The notes beneath the pieces are model-generated. The model searched no databases and was not told the DNA's origin. It worked only from the letters and a program-made list of their open reading frames with translations. A DNA stretch of 64,000 nucleotides from the human T2T-CHM13v2.0 reference genome, Homo sapiens, in NCBI RefSeq assembly GCF_009914755.1, contig NC_060945.1; one strand, given 5' to 3'. Each line of letters opens with the position of its first letter. The stretch's first letter is position 1. Positions 37,092 to 50,303 of this stretch are shown piece after piece. Both the position numbers and the translations under genes were made by a program.

Positions 37092-37996
37092 CCCTCTCTC
37101 TCTCTCCTTCCCTGTCTCTCTCTGTCTCTCTGTCTCTCCCTCCCTGTCTCTCTCTCCTCATGCGTTCTCACCCATGGAGAATGTAAGTGAGAGGAGCTAT
37201 TTACGTCATCCATAAAGAAGAAGGGAGGAAGGACCACAGAAGCCCACTCTCTATCAGAAGGGCCAGAGCTCAGGGAGCGCCTTTGTCAGCAAGATGGGAA
37301 CCAGCTTTTACGGAGCACTTTGTGTCTTCAAAGAACTTCACCAACATTGACTCATTAAGCCACCCACACCTCTGAGGCAGCTGGGGTGGCTTGGTTCTCC
37401 CTGTCAGAGAGGAGAGAGGTCAACGCTCACCTCAGGGCACAGGGCAAATTCAAGAGAGGGCAAGGGCCAGTGTGTCCCAGATGACCCGGCCGAGGAACCT
37501 GCTTCTGTGTCAGGGAAGGGGTCAAGTGAGGTCGGAAGTCAAGGACCAGCTCTCTAGGTGCTGAAGGGTTAAGGAAGGAGGAAGAGAGGGTGGCCGGTGG
37601 CTGGTGGCATCATGTTACCTTCTGCCTGTCATCCAGAGAGCCAAGCTGAACAGGCATCAGGGTGCCTGTGAGGAGGGGTGGGCCCAGCCTTCCTGGGGCA
37701 GCAGCCCCTCCACTCTCTTTTCCTGTGCTGACAGAGAAGGGAGAAGAGGTCTCAGAGAGGCTCTTGGACCGAGTTCCTTTGTTCCTCCCTTCTAGGAGTG
37801 GTGCATTTTTACAATATCAACAGTCCTCACTCCCAGGCAAGATCTCTGTAATGCATCACACAGATGAATCCTTCTGTATCTCAAAGTTCACACACAGTAT
37901 GAACTTAACAGCCAACAGGGAGCTTGTTTTTATGCTAATGGAATGGCAAAGGGAAAGTTCTTCCCAAATGAAAGAGCTTTGATGTCCTGTATTTCT

Positions 37997-38038
37997 ATAT
38001 GTGTGTGTATGTGTGTACACATATATATATACACACAA

Positions 38039-38077
<39 letters not shown>

Positions 38078-38082
38078 TATAT
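37997..38082. repeat. Compound (TG)/(TA)/(CA) microsatellite
   Basis: atatgtgtgtgtatgtgtgtacacatatatatat...acacacacac. Confidence 0.95.
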
Positions 38083-38914
38083 TTCCTCCAAAAAAGAAAT
38101 GGCTGGTCCGGAGCTGAATCTCTTTCCTCCTCAAACCCCTACTTGGAAGCAGGCATTCCTCCCATCGTGAAAGGGCTCACATACAGCACAACTTGGTTTC
38201 TGAAAGCTTGGCCTTTGGAGCTAGAAAGATTTGTTTCAGTCATTGTCTGGATGTGGAGAAGAACCTGACTCTTAGAGGCAGCTTTCTCTGACCCCATCGC
38301 TGCCTGGGATCCCAACATCTAGGAAGAGGTTTAAAAGAGAAACTGTCCAACCCCAAACCAAGGGCAACACAAACCAGCCTGGCTTCTTCACTCATAGCTT
38401 GAGCAAGCTGCTTGTCTCGGTGATTATTTGGACACATGCTACGAAGCACAGAGACATACGCTTACCTTTTGTTTTCAGGGATTAAAGAGAAGATTTTAAA
38501 AATCTGAAGCCAAAAAGACACAGAGCAACAGAAGCAGCTGTACAAAACACACCCTCAGAAGGGAACAACTTCAGAAGAGAGAACGAGCAGGACCCTCAAC
38601 TTTGTCCTGAGCCCTTCATTGGAAAGCTTATCCATCTTCATTTTTCCTAAAACTGGGATTTGTAACTAAAACCATTTCCTAAATGCTACTATGGACATTG
38701 TAGTACCAGGCACAAACTAGGGTAGATGTGTCATTTTCAAGGACAGTTTAACTGGGTGCATTGTATTTAGGTCAAGTGACTTAAAATGCTAGGTTGGACA
38801 ACTTAGGTGAACTCTTTATTGGCACAATGTAATGCATATTTTGCACAGCCAAGTCAATCTTGCATTCTTGTTAGAAGGTGTGAATTGGTATTTTCAATCA
38901 GTGGCAGCTGACTA

Positions 38915-39100
38915 TAGTATCAAGAGCCCAGGAGTTCAAATCTGCTTCTGTCATCTACCCACCAAAGGACCTCAGGCTGATTAAACCCTTCTAGACTCAT
39001 GTCCCCACCTCTAAACAAACAATAGTAATGGCACCTCCCTGGTAGGTTTGCTGTAAAGATTAAATGAGATGTTGCCGCAAAACAATGAGCCACAGTAGGC
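38915..39100 (+). mobile_element. MIR SINE
   Basis: gagttcaaatctgcttctgtca...gctgtaaagattaaatgagat. Confidence 0.7.
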
Positions 39101-39273
39101 ATTCTCTTTGCCCTTGGATTTGTTTTTCCACAATACAATTCTATGTACCTTAGAAAAATCAAATGATGATCTGGTTACTTATTGACCTAATTGAAGGGAT
39201 GCCTATAAGGTTATTGAAATTTATGTGTTTTTGTTTGTTTGTTTTATTGGCCTTTTAGTTAGAAATAAGGATT

Positions 39274-39602
39274 GAGGAAAGAAAAAAGGGGGAAGAGAGG
39301 GATGGAAGGAGAGAGGGAAAAGGAAGAGAAAAAGGAAGGAAGGGAGGGAGGGAAGGGAGGGGAGAGAAAGGAAGGAAGAAGGAAGAAAGGAAGGAAGAAA
39401 AGGAAGGAGGGAAGGAAGGAAGAGAAGGAAGAAAAGAAGGAAGGAGGGAAGGAAGGAAGAGAAGGAAGAAGAGAAGGAAGGAGGGAAGGAAGGAAGAGAA
39501 GGAAGAAGAGAAGGAAGGAGGGAAGGAGGGAAGGAAGGAAGAGAAGGAAGAAGAGAAGGAAGGAGGGAAGGAAGGAAGGGAGGGAGGGAGGGAGGGAAGG
39601 AA
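39274..39602. repeat. GA-rich polypurine tract (GGAA/GGGA/AGAA units)
   Basis: About 330 bp, almost entirely purine on the + strand. Confidence 0.97.
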
Positions 39603-40330
39603 CTGAGCCTATTTTAACCAAACACAGAGAACTTAGAATGGAGCTAACCTTATCTCTTCCACATCTGTATATGAAAATCTGAAAGAAAAAATGTCCTCCC
39701 GTGTTTTTTTGCTGCTTTATCAGAGGTGCTTGCAAGCCTCCGCCTGGGCAGGCTGTGGCCTGTTGCACCTGTTTGTGAAGACCTTCCTTTTCTTGAAACA
39801 ATACACTGAATAAATACCCCTGGAGTTCGAAATCTGGCAAAGCAACTGAAAAGGGGTGGGGGTGGCAGTGCAAAAACTATGAGAAGAAAGGCATTACACA
39901 CAGGAAGAGCTTGCTCAGTCAATATTTGTTGAATGAATGAATTCTAGCTTCCGATTATACCTTTGAGCTTTAATGTCTCTTGGCTGCAGAACTGATCCCC
40001 CGTTTCAGCTTTCTGTGTTCATGCTGCCATTGCATAGACTAGAACGGCCATTTCATGTCACCTGTTTTACAAGATGTAGAGCACATTCTCAGACCACCTG
40101 CATCACAGTCATCTGCTAAAAAGGCATATTCCAGGCCTTTCCAAATGCCAAAGACCAGGGATTCTGAAGATCCATAATCCAGTATGTGACCGGCCCCAAA
40201 CTGGCTTCTTTAGGTGAGGGGAGAGAGGGGAAGCGTCTGGCTTCTACAGAGGGAGAAGGGAGAGTTGACCCGGAGCCCCAGCCAGCCTGCACCCCGGGGG
40301 TGGAGGAGAGTTGGGGGGCAGGGGCACTAA

Positions 40331-40633
<303 letters not shown>

Positions 40634-41039
40634 TAACATCATTCTCTTTCAACCTGAGGGTCTAAGAGACACTGTTAAAGAAGCTTCAAATAAAGGCTTG
40701 TTATTTAAACTTATAAAACAGCCCCCTAAGAGACCAAAATAGCAATAGCCTAAGCACTATATTAGCAGGAGGGAGGAGGGAACAAATCTTCGTTTCTCAT
40801 GGGAGAAATCTACCGATAATGCCAAAAATGGGTATTTTTGAAGCGGTACACGTACATTACTTAGCAACCTGGGGTGGATTGCCAGCAGAACTAAAAGCAG
40901 AAATAGTTACAAGATTTAATTTAAAATGGTGATTTCTGTGAAGCTAGCCTGGGGTGGGGTGGCCAGGGCAGGGAACTCTTGTTTTCCACAAGAAAATATT
41001 TCTATACGGGTTGATTTTTTTCCCAGCCATGTCTAAATC

Positions 41040-42150
41040 ACAAAAGAAAGTTAGACTTTGTATTCGAAAAGCATTTGGGCTGGTTGAGTCAGTCTCTGGG
41101 GTTGGGGATGGTGGCCCATGAAGGTGACTCCAAAAGCTCCCAAATGAGTCTCTGAGCTGCTGCTGAACCTGGGACCAGGTAACTTTGTGAAGTGAATGAA
41201 CCAATGAATAAATAATGAAAGAAGAATCAGAGAAGTCAACGCTGGCTGTTTGATATGCACACGGATATGCCAGTCTTGCCCAGGGACCCAAATCCAACCT
41301 AAATTGAAAGGCAAAACTGAATATAGCTTCACCTCAAGGCGCCTCTTCCTCTCCTGCACCCCTTTTTTTTTAACCTATTCTAATTTCACAATTAGGAAAT
41401 AATACAAGTATTGAAAGTTACATCATACATAAACCATTTCCCCAAATGTCCTTGGCTGGTGCCATCACCCAGGAACTCCCAGGGTGGCTGGTGATCACAG
41501 AAGACTCCATTTAGACCACTCAGCAGGGTACGCCAAGGACAGTCCTCTCAACCTGCAGAACTTTCTGGTTTAAAACAAAACAAAACAAAACAAAAAACCA
41601 CTGCTTTTAAGACTTAAATCAAGGTCTTCAACAGAAAAGCCAGAGACAAACAAAAACAAACAAACTGATTCTGTTTTCCACCAAGCTCAAAGAGCCTTTG
41701 TCAAAGTAAATCAAAGCACTCCGGCAGCCAGCTTATTAGGTTTAATCATCAACTGTGCTTATCAGATCCTTCATTTGTAAGTCCCTTGAAGAAAAAAAGT
41801 GCAAAATGATTCCTTTTGTGCTTTGGAGATTGATATCAAAGCAGGCCTTGAGGTCAACTACAGAGGTGCTTTAAGTGGAAATTATAAGCAGGAAACAAAA
41901 TGCACTCATTCAATTTCTTCAAGTTGAGCGGAGACCTCCTGGATGCCACGTGTCAGCTTTACCTGCTAGAAACACACGCTCACCTCGCTGTCCAAGACCC
42001 TGGAAAGGGGAACCCCTTGAATTGATTGGATTTTGCTCCCCTTGGCCAATTCTTCACTATGGTTTAGAGATTTGTGGTCTTCCAGTGGCATTCTACTCAA
42101 TCAAGGTGACCAGCCATCTGTTGAACTGTCTTTTCCAACCTGATATACCC
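41040..42150. promoter_or_regulatory. Candidate enhancer (TCF/LEF, AP-1, GATA, HNF1-like, nuclear-receptor motifs) in repeat-free DNA
   Basis: TGAGTCA 41085, ATCAAAG 41710 and 41835, TTTAATCATCAAC 41741, CTTATCA 41758, TGAGGTCA 41849, CAGGAAA 41889, CACGTG 41947. Confidence 0.45.
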
Positions 42151-42819
42151 AAGTGTTGTGGTTCCAATTTCAATATTCCCTCCTAGGGATAGCAAATGAG
42201 AAGATCTATGGGTGAATAATACAAGAATATGGTAAATGGTTGACAATATTACCCACGAACCTGCATTAAGTCAGGTTGGTTCGCTGGCACCCTGAAGCCA
42301 GCCATAGCATAGTATTTGATTCAAAATCCAAACACACAGCAGCCAAAGAGGAAAGCAAAGGGCAAATTAAGCCACCACTGAAGGTGCCGGGACAGGCCAG
42401 AGGAAGATTCCATCCCACACCCAGCTCAACTTCTTCCCACCTTTCTTCTTTGTCTGTCTGCATCTGACATTTCAGTTCTCACAATCTTCTCTCCAAACAA
42501 ATTCTGCCACGTTCTCCCGGGACACCCTCTTGCTTTCTCTCTCCCTCTTGATGCAACAGTAGTTCTCAAACCTTCCCATGGAAAATCCCACCAGTTTCTT
42601 CCTTCCTGGGACCCTCTCTCCTTTCCTTTCCCTATACCAAAAGATCAAGACCAAGCTGGGATTACAGAAAGCGGGAACCCTGAGAGTGGAGTAGGAAACA
42701 GAGACTGAGGTTATTGGTGCACAAAATATGTGGTCCCTGGAACACTATTAATATTGTATTGATGGCCTACAGTGTGTTGGCCACCATATTAAATTGCTGA
42801 ATTTAACAGGGGTCTAAAT

Positions 42820-43437
<618 letters not shown>

Positions 43438-45017
43438 TAGTGTAGCCACGGGTGTGATGATTCTTGACTAGGAGGTTTTGTTCCCCAGGAACAGGGGCTG
43501 CAAACAGATGAGCTAGGGAGACAATTCAGGCATGGATGGTTGAGTAAACACAGAACGTTTAAAAAGAAAAATCAGCAGAATTACGTTGGTGCTCCTGTGT
43601 GGGATTCCTTTCCAAACTATAGTCATGGCTTTTAAAAATCTCAAAGATCCTTTGGTTTTCTTTCTCACACGTCCATTCCCCAGAACCCCTACCCGTTCCC
43701 TAGCATTGTTGTTTCTTAAATGCAATGATCTTCTCATGGTCCACAGACCTAGGAGAGGAATGGAGACCCCTCCAGCCCAGAGCCAGCCCCAGACGTCTGA
43801 CACCAGGGCTGCTATTTTGAAGGGTGCTTTGATATCTGCAGCTCCAGGCATTTTGTTATTTTGCTATTTGCTTTTGGAACTTCTTAAAACAAACCTCAAA
43901 GACGAGAAAACTCCTGTTTGAAATGAATTCCTTTTAGAATCCAAGAAATGACTCATAGAAGCTGTTTTGGCATTTATGTTCCCTGTTAAGATGATTAGGC
44001 TCATAAATTCTATTTTTGAAATGCAGTCTTTGTACCCCGAATATTTTTCCAGAACAGCAACAAAAAAAACCTGAGGTGGAGGAGTAGGGGAGGAATGATA
44101 TCCCTATTTACATGTTTGCTATGATTTAAATACATGCTGTTGCCTACTTATTTTTGTATTTTATCATCTATTTTTCCCCACACTATTAAAGAGGTTGGGC
44201 AATTTTCTTCAGTGAACTTGCTTAAAATGCTCTTTTTCTAAAGAAGAAACTGACTTTTAAAAATATCACTAGCTCATATGAACAAACTCATGTCTTGTTC
44301 ATGTATGAGCTAGTAAGATTAAAAGTTCTGTTTTCACTCAAATGTCCAATGACTGATGAATGAATAACAAAAATGTGGAATAGTATTCAGCCTTAAAAAG
44401 GAATAAAATTCTGATACTTGTTCCAAGTAGGAATATATCTTGAGGACTCTGGGAGCACACTTTCAGAAACACCAGTGGCCTGGGGCTTCTTCCCCCGCCT
44501 GGTTTTGATCTTACCAACACTGCTGCTCCCGAAACAGCCTAGTTACTCATTCTTCAAAACTAATGCTTGGCTGGACCCAAGCCCTACTTTAATCACAAAA
44601 CTGGTACCGTTCCAACTGAGTTAGGTGGTTTTCTTAGGGCCATGCAACGGACTGTCTTGGCAGGGGGCAGGTGCAGCCTTCCTTCTTGGGAAAAAAGTCT
44701 CAACTGTAGAAATGTGATGGCCCCTGAGATTTGTTTTAAGTTATTGTAGTTGTTACCTAAGTTTTATGCACCGACGCCTTTGTTCTTGTGTAATAAACTG
44801 TCAACTGCAGCATGTTCAAAGTAGCTCAACCCTCTATTTGGTCATAAAATTAATCCTAATCTAAAAACCACTCTTTCATTTGTAATTGCGTGGCAAGCCC
44901 AAGTTTTTAAGGAGCGTTTTGTTGTTCGGTACTTTTGATAACACCTGTGAAGCAGTGCTGGTCATGAGAAAAGACTTCGTGTGTGCCTTTTCAAGAACAA
45001 TGAACTGCACTAAACTC

Positions 45018-45821
45018 TTTTTTTTTTAACTTGAAGTTCAGGGGTACATGTGCAGGTTTGTTATATAGGTAAACTTGTGCTGCGAATGTTTATTGAACAG
45101 ATTGTTTCATCAACCACGTATTAAGCCTAGTACCCATTAGTTATTTTTTCTGATCCTCTCCTTCCTCCCACCCTCTACCCTCAAGTAGGCCCCAGTGTGC
45201 GTTGTTCCTCTCTATGTGTCCAAGTGTTCTCATTATTTAACTCCCAGTTATAAGTGAGAACATGCAGTTATTTGGTTTTTTGTTCCTGTATTAGTTTGCT
45301 AAGGATAATGGCTTCATCTACGTGCCTGCAAATAATATGATCTCATTCTTTTTTATGGCTGCATAGTATTCCATGGTGTATGTGTATCACATTTTTTATC
45401 CAGTCAATTACCGATGGGCATTTAGGTTGATTCCATATCTTTGCTGTTGTGAATAGTGCTGCAATGAACATATGTGTGCATATGTCTTTATGACAGAACG
45501 ATTTATATTTCTTTGGGTATATACCTGGTATTGGGATTGCTGGGTTGAATGGTAGTTCTGTTTTTAGCTCTTTGAGGAATCACCACGCTGCTTTCCACAG
45601 TGGCTGGCCCAATTTACACTCCCACCAACAGTGTAGAAGCATTCCTTTCTCTCCATAAACTCACCAGCATCTGTTATTTTTTGACTTTTTAGTAATAGCC
45701 ATTCTGACTGATGTGAGATGGTATCTCATTGTGGTTTTGATGCGCATTTCTCTAATAATTAGTGATGTGTAGCTTTTTTTTCATATGCTTCTTGGCCATG
45801 TATATGTATTCTTTTGAAAAG
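45018..45821 (-). mobile_element. L1PA13-16-like 3' fragment (5'-truncated)
   Basis: ggggtacatgtgcaggtttgttatataggtaaac...atttacactcccaccaacagtgta...tattcttttgaaaag; TSD aactgcactaaactc / aattgcctaaactc. Confidence 0.93.
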
Positions 45822-46885
45822 GAATTGCCTAAACTCAAACCTCAAAAGAAGTATTCTACTGTTTGAGTTTCAAATGAAAAATTAAGCATCAAGAATAAAG
45901 ATCTTCAAGAACGTCATTTTTGAGCATCTCTGGCATGACTAAAGAGGTCATGAATGCCCATCTCATGTGTATCTTCATGCTTTCCCTAAGGCACAGGCCA
46001 TGTTTCTGAATTACATGTCAAGAGATATACACAGTCGAGGGAGTGACCAGCCATTACATTCCAAAAATAATCCCTGTGAAGTAATTATAATCTGTTTACC
46101 TTGATTTGTCCAGAACAACTTGGTCATCAAGCATCTCTCTTTATGATGCACCCGCATGGATTTTGGTAAAGTAGAGATTGTGGAGGACTGAATGTATCAA
46201 ATATAGACAAAAGTGTCAGATAAGCTTTACAAATAAGTTTGCCACATTTTTTCAGGTGTAGGCAATTCTCGCTGACTTCACCGGGGCTGATCTGGAGTGA
46301 TGTTAACTTACCCCAGTGAGCTTTGTCCTCTCAGCTTCGGGCTTCTGGGCCACTCCCAGTTGATGTCCTGGGGCACAAGAGATGGGGGAGATGGATAAGA
46401 ACACAGTTCCCATCAGTTTCCAGGATGCCTCATTAGGAAGCTCTCTTTTTGGCCAGACCTGGGGGAGACACCATATAACACAATGCACCCCAGAGGAAAG
46501 GCAGTGAAGTTTAGCAGGGCTGAGCCATCCCCACTTGAGATACGAGGCTGGGCACCATTTTACACCAGTGATGACACCTCTAATGGGGTGGAAAGGTCAC
46601 TTAGGCATGGCTATCTTCAACTCCACTATTGACCTTCCCCACCTCCACTCCTTTTCTGCCCTCCCTCTATAGTCTGGGCAGAAAGAAGGAAGAGATTTCT
46701 TCCAGAGGTCGTAAGATAAGCCACAGAAGAACTTCTCTCCACAAAGCCCCCATTTGTGGTCATGGAAGGCAGGCGAAGGTTGGTGCCCTTGGATGAGTGT
46801 CTCTTGCTCTGGAATGGAGGGCGGGCGCTGGTGCTAGCATTTCCCTCACCTTTGGAAACTCCCTTGGCTGTAAAGAGCAAGATGA

Positions 46886-47394
<509 letters not shown>

Positions 47395-47499
47395 TTAATG
47401 GGTGCCAGTCCGGGCCCAAAGGGTTGTGGGAGAAACAATGAGCTGAAAGGGGCCCCTCTGATCTTTGGACTCACATCCTTCAGGGGGACTACAGGCTGC

Positions 47500-47990
47500 A
47501 TCATTCATTCCTTCATTGATTCAATAACTGTTCATTGAGTTTCTGCTCTGTGTTCTCAAGGTTGAGAATTGGCAGCAAACAAGACAAACAGACTCTGCTT
47601 TCATGGTTTTGAGTACCTTGAGACCTACAGCCCCAAGCCAAGAAATCCAGCTTTCCCATCACAGCACAGGGTGCTATAAAGAACATCAGGTGGGTCATGG
47701 GCTGCAGAGCAACTGAATCCCCCTGAACACTCCCCCCGTTCAGGGAATGCCAAGCTAAGGCCTCAGTGAGGAAAAGGAGCCAGGTAAGTGAAAATACAGG
47801 GGGAAAGCTTTGTGTGGGGAAAACGTGCAAAGGCCCTGGGGTAGGTGGTCTGGAGTATTCAAGGAGCAGCGGGTGTTTTGCAGCTGCAGGGGAAGGAAGG
47901 AGGGATGTGCAGAGATCTCAGTGCAGCCCTTCACACAGGGCATCATGGGGGAGGCATGAAGATGGTCCCAACTGTCTTCTGAGGACACTC
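47500..47990 (-). mobile_element. L2 fragment
   Basis: cattcattccttcattgattcaataactgttcattgag...gtgcaaaggccctggggtagg. Confidence 0.7.
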
Positions 47991-48080
47991 TCTGGTCTCA
48001 TCTGGAGCCCCGAGCGTGGGCTTCTAAACCACTCAAGGGACCAGTGGAAAAACTTGTCTGATTCAAAACCCAGTGAAGAA

Positions 48081-48224
48081 GCCAGGGCTGTTGGCATGTG
48101 CCTGTAGTGCCAGCTACTTAGGAGGCTAAGATGGGAAGATGGCTCAAGCCCAGGAGTTCAAGGCCAGCCTGGGCAAAGTAGAGTCCCTGTCTGTCACAAA
48201 AGAGTAAAATTAAATAAATAAAAT
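48081..48224 (+). mobile_element. Alu monomer (FLAM/FAM type)
   Basis: gcctgtagtgccagctact...gcccaggagttcaaggccagcctgggcaa plus A-rich tail. Confidence 0.85.
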
Positions 48225-48408
48225 CAACCATGCACTGCTGTCCTCCTTGCACACCACTGAAGAGGCTCCTGCCTTCTTTGGCGGTCCCTCCATTCACATC
48301 CAGCATCATAAGATGTCAGGCACACATCTCAGCCTGCTGTATTCCCAGCAGAGGAGGCAGAGCCAGGACACCAGCCCATTCTTCCTAACTAATCTGCCGT
48401 TTAATTAG

Positions 48409-48600
48409 ACCAGTTCTTCTCAACGGGGTGCTGTTTCACCCAGGGGACACTGGCAACCTCTGGAGGCATTTTTGGTTGGCACAAATGGGGCAGGGGTGCT
48501 TCTGGCATCTGGCAGGTAGGGACAGGGGTGCTGCTAACATCCTGCAGCACTGGGGACAGCCCCCCACACCAGAAAACCATCCCATCCAAAATGCTAACCC
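48409..48600 (+). mobile_element. MER20 hAT-Charlie DNA transposon
   Basis: cagttcttctcaacgggg...cccaggggacactggcaa...ctggcatct...gctgctaacatcctgca. Confidence 0.85.
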
Positions 48601-49070
48601 ATAGATCAGAAGGAAGATGAGCCTGGGGAGAAAACTAGAGAGGATTTTGCTCCAGAAAAAAATGACCCACAATAAAGCTGGCTCAGCTCCTTTCAAAATT
48701 AAATACCTTCCTTCTTTGTCACACACTGGAAAACGAGCGAGTTTCTATTTCAGGCTGTGGGGTGAGTTAGCGTCGGCTTGGCCGGCTGTCTGGCAGAGGC
48801 TCCGATTCATCAATGACAGCTAAGTGTGGTTTGCTGTGTGTCAGGAAAAGGTCCAGGATGGGCTGGGGCAGGGAGTGTGGGGGGCAGACCACCCTCATCT
48901 CTGGGGCTGCTGGAGCTTCCGGAGCCTGGAGCACACCCAGCCTGCTTCTCCTTGTGGGAAGTGATTAAATGTGAAGCTTAAAGCTGTAAGGACTTCCTGG
49001 CATCGCGGGTTTTTACTTCTGAACTTGTTCCCCCCTCTCTTTACTTGCCCTCTGAAGCTCCCAAATTCAG

Positions 49071-49200
49071 GGCCAGGCACAGTGGCTCATGCCTATAATC
49101 CCAGCACTTTGGGAGGCCAAGGCAGGTGGACTGCTTGAGGCCAGGAGTTGGAGACCAGCCTGGCAATATAGCAAGACCCCATCTCTATAAAATAAATTAA
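49071..49200 (+). mobile_element. FLAM_C / Alu left monomer
   Basis: ggccaggcacagtggctcatgcc...gcaagaccccatctcta plus A tail. Confidence 0.9.
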
Positions 49201-49282
49201 TTAAGCTCTCAAATCGAAAGCAGAGGTGTGTGTAGAAATACCCTTAAATAGATATGACAGTGATGTCATTGTACAACATAGC

Positions 49283-49682
49283 TGTCAGGGTGGAAGTGTG
49301 TCTCCCAAAATTGATATGTTGAAGCCTTAACCCATGGTAGCTCAGAATGTGACTCTGTTTGGACATGGGGTCTTCAGAGGGGTAACTAAAGTAAAGTAAC
49401 GCTATTTGGGTGAGGCCCTAATCCAGTCTGACTGGTGTCCTCATAAGAAGAGGAGACAGAAACATACACAGAGGGATGAGCCTGTGAGGACACAGGGAGA
49501 GGACGGCATCTATGAGTCGAGGAGAGAGACCTCAGGAGAAATCTACCAGTCAGGAGAAACCAACCCTGCCACACTTTGGTCTTGGACTCCAGCCTCCAGA
49601 ACTGGGAGACAATAAATTTCTGCTGTTTAAGACAGCCAGTCTGTGGTTCTTTGTTATGGCAGCCTTGGCAAACTAATCCCAC
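49283..49682 (+). mobile_element. MLT1B-like MaLR LTR
   Basis: gatatgttgaagccttaaccc...ctcagaatgtgact...cctaatccagtctgactggtgtcc...cagcctccagaactgggagacaataaatttctgctgtttaag. Confidence 0.88.
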
Positions 49683-49829
49683 ATGCTTAGAGCTACGAGG
49701 GGTTCAGATATTCTCCTGTGCAACCTGCCCCCCAGGGTCACCATCTCTTTTATGGACACACTCTGAGAAGCCATCAGTCACTGTTGGGGATGGAGACCTC
49801 ACTACGTCTCAAAGAAATTGTTTAGCATG

Positions 49830-50303
49830 GTATATTAGCTTTATCTTGCTGCTGTAACAAATTATTTTAATCTTGGGTGTTTAAGGAAATAGCAATTTAT
49901 CCTCTCATGGTCCAAAACCAGTTTCCCTGGGCTAGCACCCTCCAAGGGCTGTGGTGGAGAATCTGTTTCCTTGCCTTTCCCAGCATCTAGAGCTACATCC
50001 CTTGCATTTCTTGGCTCCTGGTCCCTTCCTTCCTCCATCTTCAAAGCCTGTAGTGTAGCATCTTGCTTCCTCGATCAGATGGCCCTCTTCTGTCTATGTA
50101 AAATCTCCTTCTGCCCATCTCTTATAAGAACACTAGAGAGTGCATTTAGGGCCCTCCTGGATGAGCCAGGACAAACTCCCATCCCAGATCCTTAATTTAA
50201 TCACATTTGCAAAGTCTCTGCCCTATAAAGTGATGTATTCACGGGTTCCAGAGATTAGAATGTGGGTATCTTTGCAGGAAGGGGGGATTCTTCAGCCTCA
50301 CAC
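49830..50303 (-). mobile_element. MLT1 (C/D/E-like) MaLR LTR
   Basis: ttgctgctgtaacaaatta...agaatctgtttccttgcc...agatccttaatttaatcacatttgcaaagtc. Confidence 0.8.

Noticed and set aside
35227-37190. Many long ORFs (up to 262 aa; T/H/Q/N-rich or V/C-rich) on both strands
   Set aside because: Artefacts of the CA-rich tract, which lacks stop codons in several frames; no domain or splice context.
39259-39873. 204-aa F/L/P/S-rich and 136-aa E/G/R/K-rich ORFs
   Set aside because: Translations of the polypurine simple repeat.
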